Positions 32,320 through 40,669 of a DNA stretch of 64,000 bases are shown piece by piece (positions within the stretch are counted from its first letter, which is position 1; each line of letters opens with the position of its first letter). The notes under the pieces are model-generated. The model was not told the origin of the DNA, ran no database searches, and saw only the letters and a program-made list of their open reading frames with translations. The translations under genes and the position numbers were made by a program. This DNA is from a virus. The stretch is from positions 1 to 64,000 of the IMG/VR virus record IMGVR_UViG_3300048929_000433, one strand, 5' to 3'.

Positions 32320-32628
32320 GTGTCGTCTAAAAAGAATGCCCACCCTGGCGAGATCCTCGCCAGACAGTTTATGGAGCCCGCCGAGCTGTCGGCCAACGCG
32401 CTGGCGCGCGAGTTGGGTGTCCCGCCCAACCGCATCAGCTCGATCATCAACGGCTCCAGGGGCTTGACGGCCGACACGGCGCTGCGGCTGGCGCGCTACT
32501 TCAAGACCACGCCGGAGTTTTGGATGGATCTGCGCAACAACTACGAGCTGGCACAGGCACGGGCGGAGTCGGGCAAGGAATACGCCGATATCAAGCCCGG
32601 TCCGAAGATCTCCGAAGCGGCCGAATGA
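32320..32628 (+). CDS. higA: HigA-family antitoxin-like XRE HTH protein (102 aa, GTG start); no HigB partner seen
   Basis: HPGEILARQFMEPAELSANALARELGVPPNRISSIINGSRGLTADTALRLARYFKTTPEFWMDLRNNYEL. AAGGAG lies 8 nt upstream of the GTG. Confidence 0.78.
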   Translation: MSSKKNAHPGEILARQFMEPAELSANALARELGVPPNRISSIINGSRGLTADTALRLARYFKTTPEFWMDLRNNYELAQARAESGKEYADIKPGPKISEAAE

Positions 32629-32655
32629 CACCAATGCTGACCAATAAAAACACAA

Positions 32656-32684
32656 AAGCCCCGTCGAAAGCGGGGCTTTTGCTT
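32656..32684 (+). terminator. intrinsic terminator after the higA-like gene
   Basis: GCCCCG-TCGAAAG-CGGGGC then TTTTGCTTT. Confidence 0.7.
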
Positions 32685-32913
32685 TGGTTCCGCAAGTCGT
32701 TCGCTAGGAGCGACTCACTGGGGCTGGTTCGGTCATCATAGATGATCTCAACGCGCGGGAAAGTGTAAAGTTCGAACTAATCAACCATTGTCGGCTACCG
32801 GACAGACCTACCCGATCGAGATTTGATAAGGCAGGAACCAACAATTAAGTGACGGGTTGCGTGATCGGCTTTGTCCGCACTCCTTTGCCCCCAAAGCCCG
32901 GTGCGGGCTAAGC

Positions 32914-32950
32914 GAGGACCGCTTCTCGGGAGGAAGCGGTCCTCTTTTTT
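32914..32950 (+). terminator. strong plus-strand intrinsic terminator with no upstream CDS
   Basis: GAGGACCGCTTC-TCGGGAG-GAAGCGGTCCTC then T6. Confidence 0.7.
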
Positions 32951-32951
32951 C

Positions 32952-33356
32952 TCAGGCGCCGTAGGCGTTTCCGAGCGTTCTAGCCAGCGCGATGACGGCA
33001 CGGGCGTGCGGCTCATTCAGCTTCATCATAGCCTCGGCGATGTCGTGACCTTCCTTGGTGGCCATGAAGGTCGACATCTTCGACGGCAGCGGCGTCTTGC
33101 CGTTAGCAGAGCCACCCATGAAATAGGTGATGTCAGTTTGCATGATCCCGCACAGCTGGTGCAGCCGGCTGGCGCCAACCCGGTTGACGCCCTTCTCGTA
33201 CTTCTGCACTTGTTGGAAGCTGACGCCGAGCTTATCGCCAAGCTCTTGTTGACTGATGTTCAATTCCATTCGACGAGCACGTATTTTCTGACCGATCAAA
33301 AGATCGGTCGGCGTGACACCGCGCTTGTTCTGTAGTGCTGTTTTAGCCTTAGCCAT
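32952..33356 (-). CDS. XRE-family HTH transcriptional regulator (134 aa; repressor candidate)
   Basis: IGQKIRARRMELNISQQELGDKLGVSFQQVQKYEKGVNR is a classic XRE HTH. Confidence 0.85.
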   Translation of the reverse strand: MAKAKTALQNKRGVTPTDLLIGQKIRARRMELNISQQELGDKLGVSFQQVQKYEKGVNRVGASRLHQLCGIMQTDITYFMGGSANGKTPLPSKMSTFMATKEGHDIAEAMMKLNEPHARAVIALARTLGNAYGA

Positions 33357-33360
33357 CCCT

Positions 33361-33723
33361 TTACTTCCTCTTAGGTTTGCGACTGCCGTTCGGCTTCGCT
33401 TTGTCAGATTCCTCTTTCCGTTTCTCCAGCCACGCCGCGCCGGCTTTACGTTCTTTCTCGATATCGATGTCGTGATCTTTTACGTACTCCGTCTTATATC
33501 CAAGCGATGAGAGGACGGCCTGCATGGTCGCGTTCTGAGGCCGCTTCGTATCGCCATGGAACCAATTGTTCAAAGTTGTGCTTGAAACTGTACTGATCTC
33601 GCCGAGTGCAGTGAGATTTTTGAACAGCCCTTCGTCTTGAACGATGGTACGTATTTTATCGATAGCAGGATCCTTATCGATCATCGAATACGTCCTGTAG
33701 ACCCTCAAAAATCCTCTAGCCAT
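33361..33723 (-). CDS. hypothetical protein (120 aa) with a basic C-terminal tail
   Basis: Track ORF. Confidence 0.55.
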   Translation of the reverse strand: MARGFLRVYRTYSMIDKDPAIDKIRTIVQDEGLFKNLTALGEISTVSSTTLNNWFHGDTKRPQNATMQAVLSSLGYKTEYVKDHDIDIEKERKAGAAWLEKRKEESDKAKPNGSRKPKRK

Positions 33724-34387
33724 TTGCTGCTACCTCCGCAGCTGGCACTTCGATCTTGAGACCCTTCGCGGTCAGCTCGTAACCTGTACCGTTCTTTTTG
33801 ATGAGGCTGGCATCCTTGGCGCGTGCAAGCACGCCGGAGATTGATTTCGGCGACATGCCCTTATCAGACATAAGCTTGCGCAACTCGATCGGTGACTTCG
33901 CGCCATCGTTTAACAGCTCGCGCAGCACGATGTTGCCGGATCCTGGGGTCGCACGTCCTTTCGGGCCATGCTTGACCTTGGCCGTCTTTACCGGCTTCTC
34001 CGGCGCCGGCAGCGCCAGCGCACCGCCAATCTGCGCCCGAGCAAGAGTTGTTAGCTGATAGTGGCCCTTATCGACACCTGGCTCGATCAGCCCTTTCTTT
34101 TTGAGTTGATGGATGACGCCATAAGCGCGCGACTTTGCACCACCAACAGCTCGGCTGATATCTCCGGTATGTTGTGGACCTTGCATCAAAAGCTTGATGG
34201 CGATTTGTTCGGAGCTTCCGTTGTTGGTTCGCGCAGCGTCCTCTAACTGCTTGCGACCGGCACCAAGTCCACCCTCACCGAGATCCAGTTTGAAGTCGAC
34301 TACGCCAGGCATGTCATTGATTCTGCGCACGCACGGTCCAAGTGCGAGTTCTTCCACTTTAATAATGATCGTAAAGAAGTTCGGCAT
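33716..34387 (-). CDS. hypothetical protein with two winged-helix-like repeats (223 aa)
   Basis: Two similar segments: ...GDISRAVGGAKSRAYGVIHQLKKKGLIE... and ...PIELRKLMSDKGMSPKSISGVLARAKDASLIKK.... Confidence 0.6.
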   Translation of the reverse strand: MPNFFTIIIKVEELALGPCVRRINDMPGVVDFKLDLGEGGLGAGRKQLEDAARTNNGSSEQIAIKLLMQGPQHTGDISRAVGGAKSRAYGVIHQLKKKGLIEPGVDKGHYQLTTLARAQIGGALALPAPEKPVKTAKVKHGPKGRATPGSGNIVLRELLNDGAKSPIELRKLMSDKGMSPKSISGVLARAKDASLIKKNGTGYELTAKGLKIEVPAAEVAANG

Positions 34388-34657
34388 CGCATTCCCTCTG
34401 CTAAGAGTTCACAGATTTAGCGATGTGGATTTTAGGCAGCAGGCGGGGCGGCTTGACGTGCCGCACTAGGTTTCCTTGGCGCCTTTGGATCACACACACT
34501 TACTTGTTCCCGACTTGTGGTTGTCGAGTAGCACAAAGCTATGACACCCCTGCCCGGTTGTATAGACCGAAGGCGGACTCATCCAAAAATTTTTGGGAGA
34601 CCCTGCGCAAAATGCGCACCCTACCCATAGGTCATTTTGTCCTATAGATAGATTTTG

Positions 34658-35149
34658 TCAGTGCTTCGTTCCAGCTGACGGCAGCAAGCCAACCATGCGG
34701 CCTTCGAGTTGCCCCTCGCTCGGCATGAACTTGAGCTTGCCGAGCACCGCCTTGTTGCCGTGGCGGATAATCTCGCGGGTCGCCATCATGATGCCCTCAT
34801 TTGAATCTTCGGCGCTAATCATCACGACCTCGATCCGATTCGGATGGCTGGAAATACTTTTTCCCTCGCGATAGACCTTCTCTATATCGACGTCACGACT
34901 GGCTTCCTGATCGAGAGTCCAGGCCTCGTCAATGAACGCCACCCTCACCGCTCCGCAGGCTTTCAGGAAGGTGCGCACTTGCGCCACCGCCTCATCCTTG
35001 GTGCCGGGCGGGCCGGCCAGGACGTAGTTGTTACCGTCGGCGTCGATCGCGTGATACATCGGCGACAGCTGGCCCTGTTTCTTGAACAGATATTCGGCGC
35101 GGCTGGCGACATACTCAACGAATTTGCGCAGTGAAGTGGCTTCGCTCAT
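34658..35149 (-). CDS. hypothetical protein (163 aa), last gene of the serine-recombinase operon
   Basis: Start MSEATSL at 35149, with AAGAGG upstream. Confidence 0.6.
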   Translation of the reverse strand: MSEATSLRKFVEYVASRAEYLFKKQGQLSPMYHAIDADGNNYVLAGPPGTKDEAVAQVRTFLKACGAVRVAFIDEAWTLDQEASRDVDIEKVYREGKSISSHPNRIEVVMISAEDSNEGIMMATREIIRHGNKAVLGKLKFMPSEGQLEGRMVGLLPSAGTKH

Positions 35150-35310
35150 TTGATCCTCTTTACCTGCGAGCGGTCGAGCACGTAGGTTCGTCCGTCCCTG
35201 ACAACCCAAATCGACAGCTCGTCAATCTTGACGATCTCTGCCGTCTTGTCGCCAAGTGCGGCAGGCGTGTCGCGACTTTTGTCGACGCGAACTTGATCAC
35301 CGACCTTCAC
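35146..35310 (-). CDS. possible 54-aa protein (GTG start)
   Basis: GTGA and ATGA overlaps on both sides. Reads VKVGDQVRVDKSRDTPAALGDKTAEIVKIDELSIWVV... (hand translated). Confidence 0.4.
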   Translation of the reverse strand: MKVGDQVRVDKSRDTPAALGDKTAEIVKIDELSIWVVRDGRTYVLDRSQVKRIK

Positions 35311-35654
35311 GCCGCCTCCTCCAGGTCCAGCACGGCGACGTAGAGATCATCCTTGGCGATCGTTTCCAGCAAATCCCGCACCAGCTTTATCGTATCGATG
35401 CCCAACGCTTGGGCCTTTTCACGAAATGCCAGCATCGCCTTGTCGCTCAGTTCGAGCGGCGTCGGCTGCAGCAAGGTGATGGTGCGGCGCTGATACTTAC
35501 CGCCCTTGCGCAGTGAGATCCCGCGACGGGAACACTGGACCTGTAGCGTGTCCTTGGTGACGCCGAACTGTTCGGCGATCTCGGCCTTGGTCACACCCTG
35601 TGCGATCAGCGCCGGGATACTGTCATACATTTCCGGGGTCAGAATCTTGTTCAT
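35307..35654 (-). CDS. putative HTH DNA-binding protein (115 aa)
   Basis: GVTKAEIAEQFGVTKDTLQVQCSRRGI (HTH-like); coupled to the recombinase. Confidence 0.55.
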   Translation of the reverse strand: MNKILTPEMYDSIPALIAQGVTKAEIAEQFGVTKDTLQVQCSRRGISLRKGGKYQRRTITLLQPTPLELSDKAMLAFREKAQALGIDTIKLVRDLLETIAKDDLYVAVLDLEEAA

Positions 35655-36274
35655 GACACCACCGCCGCGGCGCTGGCTTTCTTTCGCAACCGCGAAAGCG
35701 CCGTGAAGTCGATGTCGAAAAGCTTGCCGACCTGTCGCAAGCCCTGGCCTTCATCGATCATGCGCAACGCTTCGCTCTGCTGATGCGGAGTCAGCTTGAA
35801 CGGACGGCCGCCAACCGACTTGCCTTCGGCCTTGGCGCGGGCCCGGCCTTCGGCGCAACGGGAAATGATCAGCTCGCGCTCGAACTCGGCAATGCCGGCC
35901 AACACGGTCATCATCAAACGGCCGTGCGGCGTGGTGGTATCAGCCCAACTATCGCCGAGCGACTTGAAGCCAGCGCCGGCCTTGCCGATCTGGTCGATGA
36001 CGTTGAGCAGGTCCAGCGTGCTGCGCGCAAGCCGGTCGAGCTTGGTGACGACAACGAGATCGCCGGGCTTGAGCTTCGCAAGCATCTTTTCCAGCTCGCG
36101 GCGTTGCTTAACGCCAGACACCTTCTCGCTGAATACCTTGGTGATGCCGCTCGCGGCCAGTGCCTGCAGCTGCGTCTCCAGCGTTTGCCCAACGGTGGAC
36201 ACGCGGGCGTAGCCGTAGGTGGCAGTGGTCGGAACCGGCTTGGTGTAGCCGTGAAATGGTTTAACTTCGGGCAT
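35651..36274 (-). CDS. serine recombinase (resolvase/invertase family, 207 aa)
   Basis: YGYARVSTVGQ catalytic Ser motif, KLDRLARS, GIAEFERELI and a C-terminal HTH. Size matches Hin/Gin-type enzymes. Confidence 0.9.
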   Translation of the reverse strand: MPEVKPFHGYTKPVPTTATYGYARVSTVGQTLETQLQALAASGITKVFSEKVSGVKQRRELEKMLAKLKPGDLVVVTKLDRLARSTLDLLNVIDQIGKAGAGFKSLGDSWADTTTPHGRLMMTVLAGIAEFERELIISRCAEGRARAKAEGKSVGGRPFKLTPHQQSEALRMIDEGQGLRQVGKLFDIDFTALSRLRKKASAAAVVS

Positions 36275-36309
36275 TGGTTCTCTCTAGGTCGGCGTTTCTG
36301 ATATGTTGT

Positions 36310-36338
36310 ACGTAGTACGCCATACGGACTATGTCAAG
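36310..36338 (-). promoter_or_regulatory. early promoter copy 14 (drives the serine-recombinase operon)
   Basis: CTTGAC-ATAGTCCGTATGGCGTA-CTACGT. Confidence 0.55.
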
Positions 36339-36341
36339 GCT

Positions 36342-36524
36342 CTATTTCGTTTCATCTCGCGGCCTGAATAGCAAAGCCAACAACCCGATGATGCCGACGA
36401 TCGGCGATGCAAGTGCTGAGAGAAGGAACCAGGTCCGAAAGTCCCGACCAGCCAGAACAGCTATGCCGGCGATAGCGGAACATGCCAGAAGCCAGCCGGC
36501 GACTGCTAAGGCAATTTCGGTCAT
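36342..36524 (-). CDS. small membrane protein (60 aa)
   Basis: Only the last 60 codons of track ORF 36342..37217 (MTEIALAVAGWLLACSAIAG...). GAGGG upstream. Motif shared with 3816..4142. Confidence 0.5.
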   Translation of the reverse strand: MTEIALAVAGWLLACSAIAGIAVLAGRDFRTWFLLSALASPIVGIIGLLALLFRPRDETK

Positions 36525-36543
36525 CGACACATAAGTTCCCTCG

Positions 36544-36572
36544 TTGCATTTATGTCTAATATGAGGTATATA
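36544..36572 (+). promoter_or_regulatory. sigma70-like promoter for the rightward 36.6-40.5 kb operon
   Basis: TTGCAT-N17-TATATA. Sequence is unrelated to the 15-copy early promoter. Confidence 0.45.
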
Positions 36573-36612
36573 CGCATCATGCACATCGTGCAAGAGAATG
36601 GGAATGAAAAAG

Positions 36613-36777
36613 ATGGCGGTTGAAACCAAGCGGCTCCACATGATCGTCCCCTTGTCATGGGTACGAAAGATCGATGCGTGGCGTCGACAGCAGCCTGATC
36701 TGCCGAACTTCTCCGAAGCGGTGCGTCGATTGAGTGAGATGAGCCTGGAAAAATCCAAAACAACCAAAGCAAAATAA
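36613..36777 (+). CDS. ribbon-helix-helix (CopG/Arc-like) small protein (54 aa; alternative ATG at 36598)
   Basis: Hand translated MAVETKRLHMIVPLSWVRKIDAWRRQQPDLPNFSEAVRRLSEMSL..., with a beta-strand/helix/helix pattern. Confidence 0.5.
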   Translation: MAVETKRLHMIVPLSWVRKIDAWRRQQPDLPNFSEAVRRLSEMSLEKSKTTKAK

Positions 36778-36786
36778 AAGACCGCT

Positions 36787-37011
36787 GTGCAGATCGAAAC
36801 CTTCGAACACCGTTGCCTGGACTGTGGCGGATTTATTTTCCGCCCCGGCCCATGCGGCGGCATGGCACAAAACATCGAATGCGTCGGTTGCGGTTCTAGG
36901 TTCAATGTTGCGTTCTGGCACGGCCGCTTCGTCATGGCGCAGCGGATCCCGAGCGAGAAAGACGGCGGCGGCACATGGCGAGAGGACATGTTTCCAAAAG
37001 TGCTGGAGTAA
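36787..37011 (+). CDS. zinc-ribbon-like protein (74 aa, GTG start)
   Basis: CLDCGG...CVGCGS. Confidence 0.5.
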   Translation: MQIETFEHRCLDCGGFIFRPGPCGGMAQNIECVGCGSRFNVAFWHGRFVMAQRIPSEKDGGGTWREDMFPKVLE

Positions 37012-37014
37012 CTG

Positions 37015-37446
37015 ATGGGCGTACTGGTGCTTGGTCCGAAAGAGAAGGCGCGGATCGCTGAATGCGTAATCAAGGCCAAGCAAAACCCGCTTCCGTGGGA
37101 AGCCGGCGAGATGATTGCTGACAGCACCGACACCCTCAGCCTCGACCTAGCTAATCGCCCGCCTAATACCACCGAGATCCGCAAGCGATATCCGCCGCAA
37201 ATGCTCGAACTCGGCACCTATCAGGTCTCGCTCACCTTTGAGCATCAGCCGGCTGGTCTCCTCCGGCATCTCTCGATCTCATCCATCAGGAAAGGCACAC
37301 TCCCCGGATTGGAAGTGCTCGCGATGGTGGTCGCGGAATTCGGCTTTTCCGGCTGGCCACTGCAGCGACCTGGCCATGTGTGGACCGAAGAATTCCGACC
37401 GGGCCATTACGCGGTGAACGTTCTTGAGCTGGAGGAAGCCGCGTGA
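37015..37446 (+). CDS. hypothetical protein (143 aa)
   Basis: Track ORF. Confidence 0.6.
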   Translation: MGVLVLGPKEKARIAECVIKAKQNPLPWEAGEMIADSTDTLSLDLANRPPNTTEIRKRYPPQMLELGTYQVSLTFEHQPAGLLRHLSISSIRKGTLPGLEVLAMVVAEFGFSGWPLQRPGHVWTEEFRPGHYAVNVLELEEAA

Positions 37447-37775
37447 TGGCCAAGAAAGATCCACTCGAAGCCAACCTGCAATTGCTTGCCGACCACATCG
37501 ACGAGATCGAGATCTCCGACAATCCGGAGGAAGCGGATGTCCTGGTCTGCTCGCTAGTCACCAAGCCGTTGCTGATGCCGGACAACCTTGTCGCACACTG
37601 TTCGAAATGTTTCCGTCTGATCCAACACCGGCCCCACGTTCCTAAAACACCGGAGAAGCTCTGCACCGATTGCGCCCAAAAGAGCATCAAAAAGGACGAT
37701 GATCCCAAGCTGTTTATCACCAAGGACAGTCTCGATGAGATCGTCAGCGGGATCAAAAAGAAAGTCATGTCATGA
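37443..37775 (+). CDS. hypothetical protein (110 aa)
   Basis: Track ORF, ATGA-coupled. Confidence 0.6.
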   Translation: MMAKKDPLEANLQLLADHIDEIEISDNPEEADVLVCSLVTKPLLMPDNLVAHCSKCFRLIQHRPHVPKTPEKLCTDCAQKSIKKDDDPKLFITKDSLDEIVSGIKKKVMS

Positions 37776-37885
37776 CCGATGGGCTCGAAGCGTTGCTCGT
37801 TGTCATCGTGCTGATCTTGTTGGTGCTGGCGCTGCCGGCGAAATACGATCCGGCAATTCGATTTAAGGAGTGGCTAGATGGATAG
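37772..37885 (+). CDS. possible 37-aa single-TM peptide
   Basis: ATGA overlap. Reads MTDGLEALLVVIVLILLVLALPAKYD... (hand translated). Confidence 0.35.
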   Translation: MTDGLEALLVVIVLILLVLALPAKYDPAIRFKEWLDG

Positions 37886-38021
37886 CATCTGGTTCTGGAT
37901 CTTGGCCGGCGCGCTGGCCGCCAACGCCTACGCTCTGATCCAGTTCTTGCAATCTGTGCATCGGTTCAATGAGTCGCGACGGCAGCTCGATAACTTACTC
38001 AAACAGATCGGCACGCCATGA
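37878..38021 (+). CDS. possible 47-aa single-TM peptide
   Basis: AAGGAG 7 nt upstream. Reads MDSIWFWILAGALAANAYALIQF.... Ends in an ATGA overlap with 38018. Confidence 0.4.
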   Translation: MDSIWFWILAGALAANAYALIQFLQSVHRFNESRRQLDNLLKQIGTP

Positions 38022-38668
38022 CTAAAGTCGTTCACGTCGACACCGCCGCGCAAGCCTTCGAGATTCTGCGTACCGAGACCGGCCCCAGGACCAAGCCGGT
38101 TCGGCAGTGCGGCGATTGCCAGCTCTGCTGCCGGCTGTTGCCGATGCAGGACAATGAGCCGTGGCGGCCGGGCACGTCGATTAACAAAGCAGCCGGCGAG
38201 CGTTGCCCGCACCAAAAGTTCGGCAAGGGCTGCGGCATCTACGCCAACCGTCCTTATGCCTGCAAAATGTGGAACTGCCGCTGGCTAGTCGAGGATGCCG
38301 GCGAAACCGGCCGGCCGGACCGCTCGCATCTTGTCATCGATGTGATGCCGGACTTCATCACCGCGGTCGACAACGAGACCGGCAAGAAGCATCAGATCCA
38401 GGTGGTCCAGGTCTGGATCGATCCGAAGTATCCGGATGCGCACCGCGATCCAGCGTTCCGGCGCTGGCTGGTCAAGCAAGCCGAGAAGGGCATTGCTGCA
38501 TTGATCCGTTACAATTCGCATGACGCCCTCACACTGATGGCGCCTCCGCTGCTGCCGAACGGCGAATGGTTGGAGATCCGCGGCGACTCGACAGAGCAGA
38601 CTCACACGCTCGATGACATGGTGAATGCGCTCGGCGGCCAAGCGCGGGTGGTGATCAGCAATGGATGA
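38018..38668 (+). CDS. YkgJ-type cysteine-cluster protein (216 aa)
   Basis: CGDCQLCC ... CPHQ ... GCGIYANRPYACKMWNC pattern, as in the UPF0153/YkgJ family (recalled). Confidence 0.65.
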   Translation: MTKVVHVDTAAQAFEILRTETGPRTKPVRQCGDCQLCCRLLPMQDNEPWRPGTSINKAAGERCPHQKFGKGCGIYANRPYACKMWNCRWLVEDAGETGRPDRSHLVIDVMPDFITAVDNETGKKHQIQVVQVWIDPKYPDAHRDPAFRRWLVKQAEKGIAALIRYNSHDALTLMAPPLLPNGEWLEIRGDSTEQTHTLDDMVNALGGQARVVISNG

Positions 38669-38930
38669 GAATGATATCGTTGCACCCGTCGTCAATCTAA
38701 ACGGTACGAGCAAGAACGAATTGCTAGCGCAAGTCTTTGTTGCTTGCGATGCCGTTCAGAACGCGCGCATGGCGCTGGGGCAAATGACACCGAATGGTCG
38801 GGACTATCAGACCGCGCCGGCTGGATCGTTCGATAAAGCAAACGCGCAACACATTGCACGCGTCAAATCGCTCGAAACCATTCTCCATGATTTAGAAGCT
38901 ATCTCCCTCAAAATCGACGAGCAAAAATGA
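38661..38930 (+). CDS. hypothetical protein (89 aa)
   Basis: Track ORF. Confidence 0.55.
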   Translation: MDENDIVAPVVNLNGTSKNELLAQVFVACDAVQNARMALGQMTPNGRDYQTAPAGSFDKANAQHIARVKSLETILHDLEAISLKIDEQK

Positions 38931-39280
38931 CTGACATTCCGGAAGTAGGCGAGGACTGGTTCAAGAAAGCGAGACTGCGCATGCCCACCGACATCAGAAC
39001 AGAAGTCCGCGAAGCACTCGACTATCGCGAGGTCTGGTTTATCTATTCGCCCCGCGATGAGCCGTGGGCCAATATTCGAATCGCGACCTTTACGAAGGCT
39101 GTGAACCGGCCGCATCTCGAATTAGTGGTGATCCACAACGAAGTCGGCTCGCGGATGGGCGTGCGCGTTTGGGAGGATATCGTCGAAAGCGAAGGCTGGA
39201 TCAAGGTCAAGCCGATTGAGATCCCGACGCCGGCCGAAGTGATGGCAGCATCCATCAGAGCAAAGGAGCAACGGCAATGA
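38927..39280 (+). CDS. hypothetical protein (117 aa)
   Basis: Track ORF. Confidence 0.6.
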   Translation: MTDIPEVGEDWFKKARLRMPTDIRTEVREALDYREVWFIYSPRDEPWANIRIATFTKAVNRPHLELVVIHNEVGSRMGVRVWEDIVESEGWIKVKPIEIPTPAEVMAASIRAKEQRQ

Positions 39281-39426
39281 TCAAAGCGGTATGTGCGAGA
39301 CTACACCGTTATTGCGACCGATGCGGTTGGCGCCGAGGGGGCGTCGACTCGTGGGATGGCAAGGCCTGCAAGTGCAGGATTGCAGAGCCGCCCATGCCAG
39401 ACCATGAAGGACCGCGATCGGAATGA
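39277..39426 (+). CDS. possible 49-aa Cys-rich peptide
   Basis: ATGA overlaps at both ends. Reads MIKAVCARLHRYCDRCGWRRGGVDSWDGKACKC... (hand translated). Confidence 0.35.
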   Translation: MIKAVCARLHRYCDRCGWRRGGVDSWDGKACKCRIAEPPMPDHEGPRSE

Positions 39427-39686
39427 CTATCATTCACGAAGCCCCTGCCCATGAAGGCGACGAACCCGTTGTGTTCGCTGCGCTCGGCGGCTTCACCTGC
39501 TCGATCTGCGCACCGAGCACAATGACGAAGGTCGAGATCGAGGACTTCGCCGCAACGCAGTTTCCAGGCCGGTGGCAGTCGATCGACAAGTCGCAGCTCG
39601 GCATGGGATCGCCGACGCCGAACCCATGCAATCAAGCACCCGACCGGCGCATGCATCACTTCATGATGTGGGTGGATAATCGATGA
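39423..39686 (+). CDS. hypothetical protein (87 aa)
   Basis: Track ORF. Confidence 0.55.
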   Translation: MTIIHEAPAHEGDEPVVFAALGGFTCSICAPSTMTKVEIEDFAATQFPGRWQSIDKSQLGMGSPTPNPCNQAPDRRMHHFMMWVDNR

Positions 39687-39958
39687 ATGACGACATCGTT
39701 CAGTTCATCTTCAAGGTCACCAAGGAATCACTCGACCGCGGCGAGCTATCGATCTGGACCGTGTTTGATCATCCTCTTGATTATCCGGAAGCATTTGTAG
39801 CCAGGCGTGGCGTGGCAGACAAAGATGGTTATCACCCAACCCAGGACGCGATAGCCGGCGAGCTAGCAGACATTCGCCTCGCTATGGAGATCTGCGGATT
39901 TGTTCGTATGCCGCGGGCGGAAGTTGACCCGATGAACATTGTTGAGACATGGATGTAA
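39683..39958 (+). CDS. hypothetical protein (91 aa)
   Basis: Track ORF. Confidence 0.55.
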   Translation: MNDDIVQFIFKVTKESLDRGELSIWTVFDHPLDYPEAFVARRGVADKDGYHPTQDAIAGELADIRLAMEICGFVRMPRAEVDPMNIVETWM

Positions 39959-39975
39959 ATTGACGGGAGTCGCGT

Positions 39976-40311
39976 ATGCCGTCCCTAGTTCCGAGTACGG
40001 CCGAAAATTTCTACATCGTTCTGAACAGCTACGGCCAGCACGGCGTCGCCTTCGCCGAGACCGATATCAACCGCGCAGACTATGAGACGACGGTCGACGA
40101 TCTCTTGACCGGCCAGCATTCGGGCCCGCTGCGCGTCATCATGTTCAATCCCGATACCGATCGCTGCGAAGATGTTTCCCACGACGTCGCGCAGGAACTG
40201 TTGCGTCGGATCGGAATTGAAGGCCGTGAGATCCCGAGCATGCTGGAGGATTTCATCGACCGGCATGTTGGTCCAGCACGCCAGCTGACACTCCGATTGA
40301 GCGACTTATGA
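39976..40311 (+). CDS. hypothetical protein (111 aa)
   Basis: Track ORF. Confidence 0.6.
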   Translation: MPSLVPSTAENFYIVLNSYGQHGVAFAETDINRADYETTVDDLLTGQHSGPLRVIMFNPDTDRCEDVSHDVAQELLRRIGIEGREIPSMLEDFIDRHVGPARQLTLRLSDL

Positions 40312-40517
40312 ATAGAGGCTTCGCCGTCATCAACAGCCAGGGAAAGGTCTTGGTGCATACGGTCAGTCCGACCGAGCGCTCTGCCAAGGTCAATTGGCTT
40401 GGCACCAATGGCGGCTGCCGTGTGCAGGACAGCTGGACCGACAAAACGATCGACAGCATGTTCGAACGCCTGCGCGGCGAGCTTGAGGTGGTCGCGGTCG
40501 AGATCAACATTCTTTGA
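40308..40517 (+). CDS. hypothetical protein (69 aa)
   Basis: Track ORF. Confidence 0.55.
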   Translation: MNRGFAVINSQGKVLVHTVSPTERSAKVNWLGTNGGCRVQDSWTDKTIDSMFERLRGELEVVAVEINIL

Positions 40518-40538
40518 TACTGATCTCGCTTTCCGGTT

Positions 40539-40553
40539 GTACGCTTCACGTAC
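40539..40553. promoter_or_regulatory. orphan operator-like dyad GTACGCTTCACGTAC with no recognisable -35/-10
   Basis: Perfect GTACG-N5-CGTAC in the 40518-40727 gap. Confidence 0.45.
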
Positions 40554-40669
40554 CGCATAAAAGCAGAATCTCAAATTATTTTCTTCAATGATTTCGGTCC
40601 CGATACGGCCGTAAGTCATTGATCGCTTCGCCTCGCTCAGCAGTTGTATTTGAAATTTGCTATGATGGG

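Noticed and set aside
34452-34480. Partial early-promoter look-alike CTTGACGTGCCGCACTAGG on the plus strand
   Set aside because: The CTAG box is only 8 nt from the -35 box, there is no 17-nt spacer, and no gene lies downstream. It is probably a remnant or chance match.
36342-37217. 291-aa minus-strand ORF
   Set aside because: It runs antisense through the RHH, zinc-ribbon and 143-aa plus-strand genes. Only its last 60 codons (a membrane protein with an RBS) look real.
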